Source: Bacteroidota bacterium (GTDB lineage Bacteria > Bacteroidota > Bacteroidia > Bacteroidales > WCHB1-69). Taken from it: a stretch of 64,000 nt of DNA. The stretch spans positions 34,637 through 98,636 of the forward strand of contig JAKPTX010000089.1 of NCBI GenBank assembly GCA_029570835.1, written 5' to 3'. The notes beneath the pieces were generated by a model that had not been told where the DNA came from, made no database searches, and was given only the letters and a program-made list of their open reading frames with translations. The position numbers and the translations under genes were made by a program. Numbering within the stretch: position 1 is the stretch's first letter; every line of letters begins with the position of its first letter. Shown piece by piece: positions 46,630 through 56,171 of the stretch.

Positions 46630-48909
46630 ATGAAATATATCCATATCATTTTATTCCTTTTTATTTTATTGTTGACACCTATCTTGAGCAGTGCTCAACC
46701 CGGGACTGTTAAAGGATTTGTGTATGATGATGAGAATGGGGAGCCTCTTGGTTACTGTATGGTACAACTAAAAGGTACGCAGTTTGGATCAATGACTGAG
46801 CGCAGCGGAGCTTTTATTATCACTAGAATTCCGGAAGGAACTTATGTGTTATCAGTTAAAAATTTCGGATATTCTACAATAGAGGATACTGTTGTGGTGG
46901 GTCGGGGAACTATTACAAAGCGCTATTTATTGAAAAAGGCTACTACCAAGTTGGATGAGTTTGAGGTTTCCGCGGATGCACAACGTAGAGTACAAGAAAC
47001 ACGCACGTCAGTAATCAGTGTAACTCCCAAAGAGATGGCCAAAATGCCCTCTATTGGAGGACAACCCGATTTTGCACAATATTTGCAGGTATTGCCCGGA
47101 GTGATTTCAACCGGAGACCAGGGGGGACAACTTTACGTAAGAGGGGGAACACCTATTCAGAATATGTTGCTCATTGATGGAATGTTACTTTATAATCCAT
47201 TTCACTCCATTGGCTTGTTTTCTGTTTTTGATACGGAAATTATCAATTCTGCCGATGTTTATACCGGAGGATATGGGGCAGAGTTTGGTGGAAGAATCTC
47301 ATCTGTAATGGATATAAAAACCAGGGATGGAAATAAAAAAAGAACTTCAGGAAAAGTGGATTTGAACAGTTTTGGTGCTAAATTATTGTTGGAGGGTCCT
47401 ATAGTAAAATTAAAAGAGGAGAAAAGTACATCCCTCTCTTATATTGCATCGATTAAAGGTTCCTATCTCGAGCAATCATCGAAACTATTGTACCCCTACC
47501 TGGGCGAAGTGGGATTGCCCTATAACTATTTCGACTTGTATGGAAAACTTTCTTTGACCACTACAGAGGGTTCTAAAGTGAGTTTCTTTGGATTTAGATT
47601 TGATGATCAGGTTAAATTCCCAGATATTGCACAATACGGTTGGAATAATTGGGGTGCAGGGACTCAGTTTCTTATAGTCCCCGGAAGTGAACCCACTACT
47701 ATATCCGGGAGTATTTCATACAGTAACTATGATTCTCAACTCGTTGACCCTGAATTTCATCCTAAGGAGAGCTCTATTGGCGGATTTTTAGCCAATATGG
47801 CTTTTAATTTCTATATGGGAAAAAATTACTTTACTGCCGGCTTTGATTTGACAGGATATAAGGCTTACTATAAATATTTTACCAGAGGTGGGTTAATGGA
47901 AGAGGAAATAGATTATACCACCGACGTAGCTTTATTTGCAAAATATAAGTTTAATTATCAAGATCGTTTAATTATTGAACCCGGAATCAGATTGCAATAT
48001 TATGCTTCGATGAGTGCGGCCGTTCCGGAACCTCGATTGGCAATGAAGTATAATCTGACTAAAAAAGTACGGTTGAAACTTTCTGCAGGACTCTTTTCGC
48101 AAAATTTTACCACAATCACTTCCGATAGAGATGTGGTTTCCCTATTTTCCGGCTTTTTATCGAGCCCGGATCAACTTCCTCTCGAATTTGACGGAAAAGA
48201 GATGAAAGATAACTTACAAAAAGCAGCACACCTGATTTTGGGACTAGAGTTGGATCTGTTTAAGAATGTGGTGATTAATGTGGAAGGATATTATAAAAGA
48301 TTTATACAATTGACTTCTATCAACCGATATAAAATGTTTGAAATAGATCCCGATTTTATTTGGGAAAAAGGATCTGCCTATGGAGGTGATATTTCACTGA
48401 AATATGATCATAAAAACCTCTATATATGGGCAGTTTATTCATTAGGATTTGTAGATCGTTATGATGGGAAAATTAATTATAATCCCCATTTCGATAGAAG
48501 ACACAATGTTAACTTGCTTGTTTCTTATGCCTTTGGGAAACAAGTTCGTAAGGTTTGGCAAACTGACTTACGTTGGAATTATGGTTCCGGATTTCCCTTC
48601 TCCCAAACTCAAGCAATCTATCCTCATACTACCTTGGGAGGAACTATTTCAGGGGATTATGTGCAAGAGAATGAGGAAATCTATTATCTATTGGCTGAAC
48701 TCAACGCTGGAAGATTACCCGCTTATCATCGTTTGGATTTCAGTATAAAGAGAAAATTTTATTTTGGGGAACGAAATTTAATTGAGTTAACCGGTTCAAT
48801 TACAAATGTGTACAATTATAAAAATATCTTCTACGTTGATCGGGTAACCGCTGAAATTATCTATCAGATGCCACTTTTATACTCATTTGGGGTTACCTGG
48901 AGTTTTTAG
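46630..48909 (+). CDS. TonB-dependent receptor with N-terminal carboxypeptidase-regulatory-like domain
   Basis: Start at MKYIHIILFLF (signal peptide). GTVKGFVYDDENGEPLGYCMV...GTYVLSV (CarbopepD_reg), a plug region, and a beta-barrel ending ...SFGVTWSF. Confidence 0.8.
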   Translation: MKYIHIILFLFILLLTPILSSAQPGTVKGFVYDDENGEPLGYCMVQLKGTQFGSMTERSGAFIITRIPEGTYVLSVKNFGYSTIEDTVVVGRGTITKRYLLKKATTKLDEFEVSADAQRRVQETRTSVISVTPKEMAKMPSIGGQPDFAQYLQVLPGVISTGDQGGQLYVRGGTPIQNMLLIDGMLLYNPFHSIGLFSVFDTEIINSADVYTGGYGAEFGGRISSVMDIKTRDGNKKRTSGKVDLNSFGAKLLLEGPIVKLKEEKSTSLSYIASIKGSYLEQSSKLLYPYLGEVGLPYNYFDLYGKLSLTTTEGSKVSFFGFRFDDQVKFPDIAQYGWNNWGAGTQFLIVPGSEPTTISGSISYSNYDSQLVDPEFHPKESSIGGFLANMAFNFYMGKNYFTAGFDLTGYKAYYKYFTRGGLMEEEIDYTTDVALFAKYKFNYQDRLIIEPGIRLQYYASMSAAVPEPRLAMKYNLTKKVRLKLSAGLFSQNFTTITSDRDVVSLFSGFLSSPDQLPLEFDGKEMKDNLQKAAHLILGLELDLFKNVVINVEGYYKRFIQLTSINRYKMFEIDPDFIWEKGSAYGGDISLKYDHKNLYIWAVYSLGFVDRYDGKINYNPHFDRRHNVNLLVSYAFGKQVRKVWQTDLRWNYGSGFPFSQTQAIYPHTTLGGTISGDYVQENEEIYYLLAELNAGRLPAYHRLDFSIKRKFYFGERNLIELTGSITNVYNYKNIFYVDRVTAEIIYQMPLLYSFGVTWSF

Positions 48910-48929
48910 GAGTGTAACGACTTGTTGAT

Positions 48930-49943
48930 ATGGATGCAACAAAGACAGAACATGAGTCTGCTCATAGGAATATAAAATTAAAAGTCCAAAGAATAATTGC
49001 CATTGGATCCGTTTTAATTTTTATAGGCAAGCTCTTGGCTTACTTTTTGACCCATTCGGTGAGTATTATGACAGATGCTCTAGAAAGTATAGTCAATGTG
49101 ATTACCGGATTTATCACGCTTTATGCTGTTTACTTATCCTGTAAACCCAAAGATGAAAATCACCCGTTTGGACACGGAAAGGCGGAATTCCTTTCCGCTT
49201 CTATTGAGGGATTTCTGATTATTATCGCCGGACTCGTGATCATTTTTGAGGCGGTAAAACGTTTTTTTATTCCGGTTCCGATTCTAAAAATGGATATCGG
49301 GATTATCATTGTTGCGATTGCAGGTGCTTTAAATTATTTGTTAGGGTGGTACAGTATTAGAATGGGGAAAAAGCACAACTCTATTGCACTCATTTCGGGA
49401 GGAAAACATTTACATTCAGATACATACTCATCCATTGGATTGTTGATAGGATTGCTATTGATCTATTTCACTAAACTAGTATGGTTGGATAGTCTCGTTG
49501 CGTTGCTATTTGGTGGCATAATCATCGTTACCGGCGTGAAAATCCTAAGAGAAACTGTTTCACATTTAATGGATAAAGCCGATTTTGTACTAATAGAGAA
49601 AATCGGTAAAATGATAGATCAAAACAAGTCGGATCAGTGGATTGACATTCACAATTTCAAATTAGTTAAGTATGGCAACGGATATCATATCGATTGTGAT
49701 CTGGTGCTGCCTCGGAATTTGTACTTGTCAGAAGCTCACGAAGAGGGAGAAAAATTGCGGGAACTATTGGTTTCCAATTTTTCAGAAGATATCATTTTCA
49801 ACCTGCACACCGATGAATGTTTCAGAAACTATTGCAAACATTGTAAAAGAGAAAATTGCACTGAACGGACCCACGAGTTTGAATCCCAAATCAGTTTTGA
49901 TATCGACCGATTTACCAAGGAAATTTCAGAAATTTTAGATTGA
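48930..49943 (+). CDS. Cation diffusion facilitator family transporter
   Basis: Six TM helices with HSVSIMTDALES and HLHSDTYSS metal-site motifs. Cytoplasmic C-domain with a Cys/His-rich tail. Confidence 0.85.
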   Translation: MDATKTEHESAHRNIKLKVQRIIAIGSVLIFIGKLLAYFLTHSVSIMTDALESIVNVITGFITLYAVYLSCKPKDENHPFGHGKAEFLSASIEGFLIIIAGLVIIFEAVKRFFIPVPILKMDIGIIIVAIAGALNYLLGWYSIRMGKKHNSIALISGGKHLHSDTYSSIGLLIGLLLIYFTKLVWLDSLVALLFGGIIIVTGVKILRETVSHLMDKADFVLIEKIGKMIDQNKSDQWIDIHNFKLVKYGNGYHIDCDLVLPRNLYLSEAHEEGEKLRELLVSNFSEDIIFNLHTDECFRNYCKHCKRENCTERTHEFESQISFDIDRFTKEISEILD

Positions 49944-50004
49944 TCTATTTTTATAGGATGATGAGGTAGGTACCTCTTTACGATCTCATAATTCGTAATT
50001 GATT

Positions 50005-50070
50005 ATTCCGCCTTCCGCCTTCCGATTTCCGCCTTGAATCCCTTCTACCTTCTTCCTTCTTATTTCTGAA
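50005..50070. repeat. TTCCGCC/TTCTACC heptamer module, copy 2
   Basis: 31 nt identical to 29229-29259, then TTCTACC TTCTTCC TTCTTAT TTCTGAA. Preceded by the rc of the AATTACG motif (49988-50003). Confidence 0.9.
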
Positions 50071-50072
50071 TT

Positions 50073-50128
50073 AAAAAAATCAGGGGGCAGGATGTGTCTT
50101 CCTTTTTAGTTATCCCATTTCCCCACTC
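50073..50128. repeat. Dispersed intergenic element, copy 2 (A-run / AGGGGGCAG / CTTTTTAGTT / CCCCACTC blocks)
   Basis: Same ordered blocks as 27705-27762. Followed by the hairpin CTCTC-CAATGT-GAGAG (50126-50141) and a T-rich tail. Confidence 0.6.
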
Positions 50129-50194
50129 TCCAATGTGAGAGCTTATTATTTATTTCGTGAACCAGGTAATACAATCTATCCCAAAAATCGTTTA

Positions 50195-51040
50195 TTATTC
50201 CACTACAAAACTCCTCAAAAGCGCAATCTCTTCTGCCCAAAGTGTAGGATCAGGAGTTTCTAAAATGATAGGAATATGGTTAAAACGAGGATCATTCATA
50301 AAGCGTTTAAAGAAATCGATCCCTAAGAAACCTTTGCCAATACTGTCATGTCTGTCCACTCTGCTGCCAAACTCTTTTTTAGTGTCATTTAAGTGGATCG
50401 CTTTCAGATAGTTAGCTCCAATGATTTCATCAAACTGACGGAAAGTTTCCGCATAGCCTGCTTCCGTTTTTAAGTCATAGCCGGCAGAGTAGGAGTGACA
50501 AGAGTCTATGCAAACTCCAACTCGCGATTTATCTTCCACCTGATCAATAATTTGGGCAATCTGTTCAAAAGTGTGTCCGAGATTGGTTCCTTGTCCTGCT
50601 GTATTTTCAATAATGGCAGAAACCCCTTTGGTCCTATCCAAAGCGATGTTGATTGACTCGGCAATGGTTGCCAGACAGTCTTCAATAGAGTGTTGATTCA
50701 GGTGACTCCCGGGGTGGAAATTGAGCAACTGTAATCCCAATTGCTCACAGCGTTGCATCTCATCTAAAAAAGCGTTGCGTGACTTCTCCAATCCTTCCTT
50801 TTCAGGATGTCCCAAATTGATTAAATAACTATCATGGGGGAGAATATGTTCCGCTTTGATTCCATATTTTTCACAATTTTGCTTGAAAAGTTCTATACTT
50901 TTTTTAGTCAAAGGAGGTGATACCCATCTTCTTTGATTTTTGGTAAATAAAGCAAAGGCATTGGCTCCAATCTCATGGGCTCTGATGGGTGCATTTTCAA
51001 CGCCTCCTTCAGCGCTGACATGGGCTCCGATATATTTCAT
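50195..51040 (-). CDS. nfo: Endonuclease IV (deoxyribonuclease IV)
   Basis: [13 protein letters not shown]...[41 protein letters not shown]. Confidence 0.92.
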   Translation of the reverse strand: MKYIGAHVSAEGGVENAPIRAHEIGANAFALFTKNQRRWVSPPLTKKSIELFKQNCEKYGIKAEHILPHDSYLINLGHPEKEGLEKSRNAFLDEMQRCEQLGLQLLNFHPGSHLNQHSIEDCLATIAESINIALDRTKGVSAIIENTAGQGTNLGHTFEQIAQIIDQVEDKSRVGVCIDSCHSYSAGYDLKTEAGYAETFRQFDEIIGANYLKAIHLNDTKKEFGSRVDRHDSIGKGFLGIDFFKRFMNDPRFNHIPIILETPDPTLWAEEIALLRSFVVE

Positions 51041-51050
51041 ATTTCAATAC

Positions 51051-52811
51051 TTATTTTTTAATTATTCTTCCGTATCTTCTTCTTCGGATCAATATGAGTA
51101 CTACTCCCATTACCAAAATCATAACGAGAGGAATAACGATATTGATTACCGCATAAAAGGTACCGTTTTCTCTTATTTTTTGTGGATCCAATGTTCCAAT
51201 TTTAAAACTTTTTGAACGCACCTGAAGGAGATCATCATCAGCACAGAGATAGTTGACACAGTTTAAAATAAAGTCAGTATTGTCGTATAGGGTTCGCGTA
51301 TAAATATCATATCCGGCAGGGTAAGGTTGGTTGGACTTGGAGTCGAAATAGTTACGAATAACATCTCCATCCGCAACGAAGATTTGTCTGGTATTGGGAC
51401 TTTTATCTTTGAATCCCAGTTCTTTAATGGTATCAAATTCAACAGGAAGAATACCACTGTAAGCAGAGGTAAACTCTCCTTCAACCAATACCGCTAACGG
51501 AAGATATTTAAAGGCATACTCTTCCATAATCGGTTTGGATTTGACTACTCCCAATGAAACGATAGCCGGTGTGGGCACCATTTTTGTGCGTTCGGATGTA
51601 GTTACTAAAACAGTCTTTCTGAGATCTCCCGAAGAACCGATAAAATCAACAGTACCGGTGAAATCCATCTTTAGATTCTTGAGTTTTCTGGTAATCGGAT
51701 GCGAGGAGAAGTTTACAGCATTCACAAGATAGGGGAAAGCCCAAAATTTGAATTGGGGTTGATCTCCGATATATCCTGAGGGGATGGGTACGGAGAGACA
51801 GGTTAAATCTTGTATCAGATTGGGATTGATACGGACTCCATATTTAAAAAAGAGCGTATTCAGTCCCAAAGGGCGTTCAACCGCGAAGAACTCGGGAGCA
51901 GTCTGTAAGCTGTCTATGGAAGCGTTGGAAGCATCGATGAGCCACAAAACTTTCCCCCCCCTCATGATATGTTGGTCAATCAAATACTTATTGATATCAT
52001 CAAAGGGTTCGGTAGGTTGTGCCACGATCAACACATCATATTTATTCCCCAAATCTTTAATGGTTTGTTTTACAGAATCTTCAATCGCAATACTTCTCAA
52101 AGTGTTGATTCTGCCATCTAAGGTAACCCGCTCTACACTATAAAAGCGCTTTAGCTGGTACATCATCCAGGAGGTACTCATAAAGTCCAGCTCACCATGC
52201 CCGTCAGTAAAGGCGATTTTGGCAGTTCTGGGTGCAACCAATTGACGGATTGTAGCGACTAAGTTATACTCCAGCTCTTGAATGGAATAGTCGAGCCAGC
52301 TACTGCTATTGTTGGGATCGGAAACCACTAGAGTAGCGGGTGCTTCCTTAACTTTGTACGAAATCATGGCTCCCGGTACTACGTAGTGCGTAGAGAAACC
52401 TGTAGCATCCTGTTTACTGATGGGAATCGGGTGCAATCCTTTTTTATAAAATTCACCGAAGATAGCTTTACTTTCATCAGCAGATTTACCGGCAATAGGA
52501 TCTACAAATTCAAAATAGATATTTCTTGAATAGCGACGAAACTCTTGCAGAATATCCTCTGTTTTTCTGGCAAATAGCTCATAATCAGCAGGTTGATTCT
52601 TTCCTTTCAGATACACCTTGATATATACCTTCTCATCTAGTGATTTGAGTAGTTCAATCGTGGTTTTGGAAAGTGAATTACGCTTGTCTTGAGTAAGGTC
52701 AATTCTAAAAAACAGGTACGAGAAAACGATATTCAAGGTAACCAATATGATTATCGCTACGAGCAAACTCGTTAAGGCCGTTTTTTTATATTTTTTGCTA
52801 TTATTCATCAT
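51051..52811 (-). CDS. gldG: Gliding-motility-associated ABC transporter substrate-binding/auxiliary protein GldG
   Basis: 586 aa with N- and C-terminal TM anchors and a large periplasmic domain. Lies directly downstream of gldF, as in other Bacteroidota. Confidence 0.72.
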   Translation of the reverse strand: MMNNSKKYKKTALTSLLVAIIILVTLNIVFSYLFFRIDLTQDKRNSLSKTTIELLKSLDEKVYIKVYLKGKNQPADYELFARKTEDILQEFRRYSRNIYFEFVDPIAGKSADESKAIFGEFYKKGLHPIPISKQDATGFSTHYVVPGAMISYKVKEAPATLVVSDPNNSSSWLDYSIQELEYNLVATIRQLVAPRTAKIAFTDGHGELDFMSTSWMMYQLKRFYSVERVTLDGRINTLRSIAIEDSVKQTIKDLGNKYDVLIVAQPTEPFDDINKYLIDQHIMRGGKVLWLIDASNASIDSLQTAPEFFAVERPLGLNTLFFKYGVRINPNLIQDLTCLSVPIPSGYIGDQPQFKFWAFPYLVNAVNFSSHPITRKLKNLKMDFTGTVDFIGSSGDLRKTVLVTTSERTKMVPTPAIVSLGVVKSKPIMEEYAFKYLPLAVLVEGEFTSAYSGILPVEFDTIKELGFKDKSPNTRQIFVADGDVIRNYFDSKSNQPYPAGYDIYTRTLYDNTDFILNCVNYLCADDDLLQVRSKSFKIGTLDPQKIRENGTFYAVINIVIPLVMILVMGVVLILIRRRRYGRIIKK

Positions 52812-52827
52812 TACTAAAGTTAACAGA

Positions 52828-53559
52828 TTACCATTTTCTACTGATCAAAACAATACGTGTAGCAATTAAAAAGAGGAAAATCATACTAAAAAAGTAGAGG
52901 AGATCCCGTGAATCAATCACCCCTTTACTAATGGAGGCGTAGTGATGGTCGATTCCGATGGTTTTAATCAAATATCCAACTGAGCCCAAAGCTTCAAAAG
53001 AGTAAATAAACTCGAATCCAAAATAGAAAATAAAACAGAGTGGTGCAGCCACAATAAAGGCGATGATTTGGTTGGTAGTCAGCGCCGAAGCAAAAATCCC
53101 GATACTGATAAAAGTAGATCCCAGCAAAACCAATCCCAAATAGGAACCCCATGTACTACCCATATCAATATTGCCGGGAGGCGAGCCTAAGTTATATACT
53201 GTAATGATATAGATTAACGTAGGTAACAGCGCAATAATGAGCAGGACAACGCTGGCAAAAAACTTAGCCAGGATAATCTGAGTGTCCGATAACGGCTTGG
53301 TCAACAGCAATTCAATGGTTCCACTTCGTCTCTCTTCCGCAAAAGAACGCATGGTAATAGCGGGTACCAGAAACAGAAAGAGGAACTTGGAAATATTGAA
53401 AAGACCTTGCAAATCAGCATAGCCGGAGTAAAGGACGTTGTTAATATTGGGAAAAACCCATAAAAAAAGAGCCGCAACAATCAGGAAAACACCGATAAAA
53501 ATATAACCCAAAATCGAGCTCAGATAAGATTTCAATTCCTTCAAGAAAAGCGTGTACAT
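52828..53559 (-). CDS. gldF: Gliding-motility-associated ABC transporter permease GldF
   Basis: MYTLFLKELKSYLSSILGYIFIGVFL... ABC-2 type permease with six TM helices, 243 aa. Confidence 0.78.
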   Translation of the reverse strand: MYTLFLKELKSYLSSILGYIFIGVFLIVAALFLWVFPNINNVLYSGYADLQGLFNISKFLFLFLVPAITMRSFAEERRSGTIELLLTKPLSDTQIILAKFFASVVLLIIALLPTLIYIITVYNLGSPPGNIDMGSTWGSYLGLVLLGSTFISIGIFASALTTNQIIAFIVAAPLCFIFYFGFEFIYSFEALGSVGYLIKTIGIDHHYASISKGVIDSRDLLYFFSMIFLFLIATRIVLISRKW

Positions 53560-53578
53560 AGTTTATGTATTTAACCTG

Positions 53579-53586
53579 CAAAGATA
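53579..53586 (-). promoter_or_regulatory. Bacteroidota -7 promoter box (TAtcTTTG on minus strand)
   Basis: rc of CAAAGATA, 20 nt upstream of the gldF start. Confidence 0.55.
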
Positions 53587-53602
53587 TGAAAAATCTTTTG
53601 AA

Positions 53603-53637
53603 GGCGGAAGGCGGAATTCGGAAGGCGGAAAGAAGGA
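53603..53637. repeat. Tandem heptamer array (GGCGGAA GGCGGAA TTCGGAA GGCGGAA AGAAGGA)
   Basis: Read directly. Reverse complement of the TTCCGCC units at 29230-29257 and 50006-50033. Confidence 0.9.
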
Positions 53638-53679
53638 CAGGATCTGTTTCAAAATGTAGGGTAAAATCTGAAAATAATG

Positions 53680-53687
53680 TATATTTG
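53680..53687 (+). promoter_or_regulatory. Bacteroidota -7 promoter box (TAtaTTTG)
   Basis: 17 nt upstream of the ATG at 53704. It overlaps the track ORF start at 53677, which is therefore rejected. Confidence 0.5.
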
Positions 53688-53703
53688 CACTCTATTTCTC
53701 TTC

Positions 53704-56127
53704 ATGATGAGACGTTTATTGTTGATATTTTGTATTCCTCTATTTCTTTTTTCCTGCAGTACGGTGAAAAGAGAATCGCAACAGGTTTTGCAGTTGTACT
53801 ACGACAATCCGGCAACCCGCTGGGAGGAGACGCTTCCCTTGGGAAATGGGAGAATAGGAATGATGATAGATGGAGGTGTTGAGCAGGAGGAGATCGTTTT
53901 AAACGATATCACAATGTGGTCGGGGAGTGTTGATCCGGAAACGATCAATCCCGATGCCCAGGAGCAGCTTCCTGTGATTCGTCAGCTTTTGCTTGAAGGG
54001 AAGAATGAGCAGGCGCAGGAGTTGGTGTATCGCTATTTCAAATGTGGCGGCAAAGGTTCCCATTTTGGAAATGGTAAAGATGCTCCTTACGGATCTTTTC
54101 AACTGCTTGGAAATCTGAAAGTTAAACATCTTTATCCCGATCAGTCCGAAGTGACGGAGTATCGCAGGACGCTCTCTTTGAACGACGCTGTCGCCACTAC
54201 GCAGTTTCAGAAAGGAAAGGTGACTTACCAACGACACTATTTTGCGTCCCATACGGATGATCTGCTGGTGGCTCACTACACTGCGGATCAGCGGGGTGCG
54301 TTGTCGATGGAGATTGCGTTGGATCGTCCCGAAAGAGTGCAAATCAGTGTTCATTCGGATGAAATAGTGATGCAGGGGCAACTGAATGACGGTTATGATA
54401 GTGATCAGGGAGTTCGTTATTTTTTTACTTTAAAAATTAAAAAAAAGGGGGGGACGCATACCTCTACAGATAGTTCTTTGATTATTAGCCAAGCCTCTGA
54501 GGTTACGATACTGATGTGTACCTCTACGAACATGTTGGAGAAGAACCACATTCAAACCGTTCAAGACAACTTAAGTCATGCAGAAAAGTACAGTTTCCGG
54601 CAGCTGAAAAAGCGTCATATTGAAGCTTATCGCGAAAAGTTTGATCGGGTGGAACTGGATTTAGGTCCGCAAAATTTGGATATTCCCACAGATCAACGGC
54701 TACTCCAATTTCAGTCGGATGAAGATCCTGCTTTGGTGGCGCTCTATTTTCAGTATGGTCGCTACTTGATGATCAGCGGGACGCGAGAAAACAGCTTACC
54801 GTTAAATCTGCAAGGACTTTGGACCAATCAGGTGCAGACACCCTGGAATGGAGATTATCATTTGAATATCAACGTTCAGATGAACTATTGGCTGGCTGAA
54901 GTGGGGAATCTGGCGGAACTTCACCTTCCTCTGATCAGACTGACTGAGTCGTTGCAATCGTCAGGGGAAAGGACGGCAAAAGGGTTTTATCAGGCAGAGG
55001 GTTGGGTGGCTCACATGATGACCAATCCGTGGCATTTTACCGCTCCGGGAGAGCATGCTTCCTGGGGAGCAACCAATACCGGTGGAGCCTGGCTCTGTGC
55101 ACACCTTTGGGAGCATTATCAGTACGGATTGGATACGGCTTATTTACGATCTGTTTATCCGATTATTCGGGGTGCAGCTCAATTTTTCCTATCCGCTATG
55201 ATTGAGGAACCCCGCCACAATTATTGGGTTACAGCGCCCTCCTCTTCTCCGGAGAACGGCTTTAAAATACCCGGTTCGGATCAGACAATTTACGTCTGTC
55301 TTGGTCCTACTATGGATGCACAGATTATCCGCGAGCTCTTCACTAATCTCCTTTCGGCGGCGCAGATATTGGGTAGCAGCGATGAGGTGACGGAAGCGGT
55401 TGAACAGGCGCTATTCCGCCTCCCCCCAAATAATATTAGTCCAAAAGGATATTTAATGGAATGGCTGGAAGATTATGAGGAAGTAGATACCCAACACCGG
55501 CATGTGTCTCATTTGTATGGATTGTACCCATCCAATCAGATTTCTCCGGACTTTACGCCGGAATGGGCTCAGGCGGCGAAAGTAACGCTCAATCGGCGAG
55601 GTGACGGGGGTACCGGATGGTCAAGAGCGTGGAAAATCAATTTTTGGGCAAGATTGAAGGATGGAAACCGGGCGTACAGCTTGTTGAAAAAACTGCTGGA
55701 ACCTGCCTGGAATCCGGAAAATAAAGAGGAACAGCGAGCAGGAACTTATCCGAACCTCTTTTGTGCGCATCCTCCTTTCCAGATTGATGGCAATTTTGGA
55801 GGGAGTGCAGGAATTGCCGAAATGCTGATCCAGAGTCAGCACGGGTTTATTGAGTTGCTTCCCGCACTGCCCGATCGATGGGAGAAGGGTAGTCTCAAAG
55901 GAGTTTGCGTTCGGGGAGCCGGAGAGGTGGATCTCGTTTGGGAAAATCATCAGGTTCAGGAGGTTACGCTCAGAGCCAAAGCAGATCATCAATATCGGAT
56001 CAAAATACCCGACTATGTTAAAACCGTGAAATGGGATCGCAATAAAGTGGATAGAGCAGATACTCCTTTTGTGGAAATTAACTTGAAGAAGGGGGAAGAA
56101 GTTACATTGCAATTGATTCCTTTCTAA
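53704..56127 (+). CDS. Glycoside hydrolase family 95 protein (alpha-L-fucosidase-like)
   Basis: Lipoprotein-type signal peptide (MMRRLLLIFCIPLFLFSCS). N-terminal YDNPATRWEETLPLGNGRIGMM...NDITMWSG is typical of GH95. About 800 aa. Confidence 0.85.
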   Translation: MMRRLLLIFCIPLFLFSCSTVKRESQQVLQLYYDNPATRWEETLPLGNGRIGMMIDGGVEQEEIVLNDITMWSGSVDPETINPDAQEQLPVIRQLLLEGKNEQAQELVYRYFKCGGKGSHFGNGKDAPYGSFQLLGNLKVKHLYPDQSEVTEYRRTLSLNDAVATTQFQKGKVTYQRHYFASHTDDLLVAHYTADQRGALSMEIALDRPERVQISVHSDEIVMQGQLNDGYDSDQGVRYFFTLKIKKKGGTHTSTDSSLIISQASEVTILMCTSTNMLEKNHIQTVQDNLSHAEKYSFRQLKKRHIEAYREKFDRVELDLGPQNLDIPTDQRLLQFQSDEDPALVALYFQYGRYLMISGTRENSLPLNLQGLWTNQVQTPWNGDYHLNINVQMNYWLAEVGNLAELHLPLIRLTESLQSSGERTAKGFYQAEGWVAHMMTNPWHFTAPGEHASWGATNTGGAWLCAHLWEHYQYGLDTAYLRSVYPIIRGAAQFFLSAMIEEPRHNYWVTAPSSSPENGFKIPGSDQTIYVCLGPTMDAQIIRELFTNLLSAAQILGSSDEVTEAVEQALFRLPPNNISPKGYLMEWLEDYEEVDTQHRHVSHLYGLYPSNQISPDFTPEWAQAAKVTLNRRGDGGTGWSRAWKINFWARLKDGNRAYSLLKKLLEPAWNPENKEEQRAGTYPNLFCAHPPFQIDGNFGGSAGIAEMLIQSQHGFIELLPALPDRWEKGSLKGVCVRGAGEVDLVWENHQVQEVTLRAKADHQYRIKIPDYVKTVKWDRNKVDRADTPFVEINLKKGEEVTLQLIPF

Positions 56128-56143
56128 ATCATTTATTTTATCG

Positions 56144-56151
56144 TATCTTTG
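56144..56151 (+). promoter_or_regulatory. Bacteroidota -7 promoter box (TAtcTTTG)
   Basis: Ends 2 nt before the first ATG (56154). This favours the second Met (56172) as the start. Confidence 0.5.
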
Positions 56152-56171
56152 CCATGAAAAATAGTTTAAGC

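Noticed and set aside
53565-53882. A 105-aa plus-strand ORF spanning the gldF/GH95 divergent promoter region.
   Set aside because: It runs through both -7 boxes and the GGCGGAA heptamer array (giving KAEGGIRKAERR) and then overlaps the GH95 gene out of frame. It is spurious.
53704-56127. Compositional outliers as evidence of horizontal transfer. GH95, cdaA-tdk and nfo look GC-richer than neighbours in hand counts of 60-nt samples (about 27-34 G+C of 60, against about 19 of 60 in the phoH region).
   Set aside because: G+C varies widely across clearly core genes in this window. My counts are from a few 60-nt samples only. Without windowed GC, codon-usage statistics and the genome average I cannot call any of these transferred. 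I note only that three heptamer-repeat loci abut GC-richer segments.
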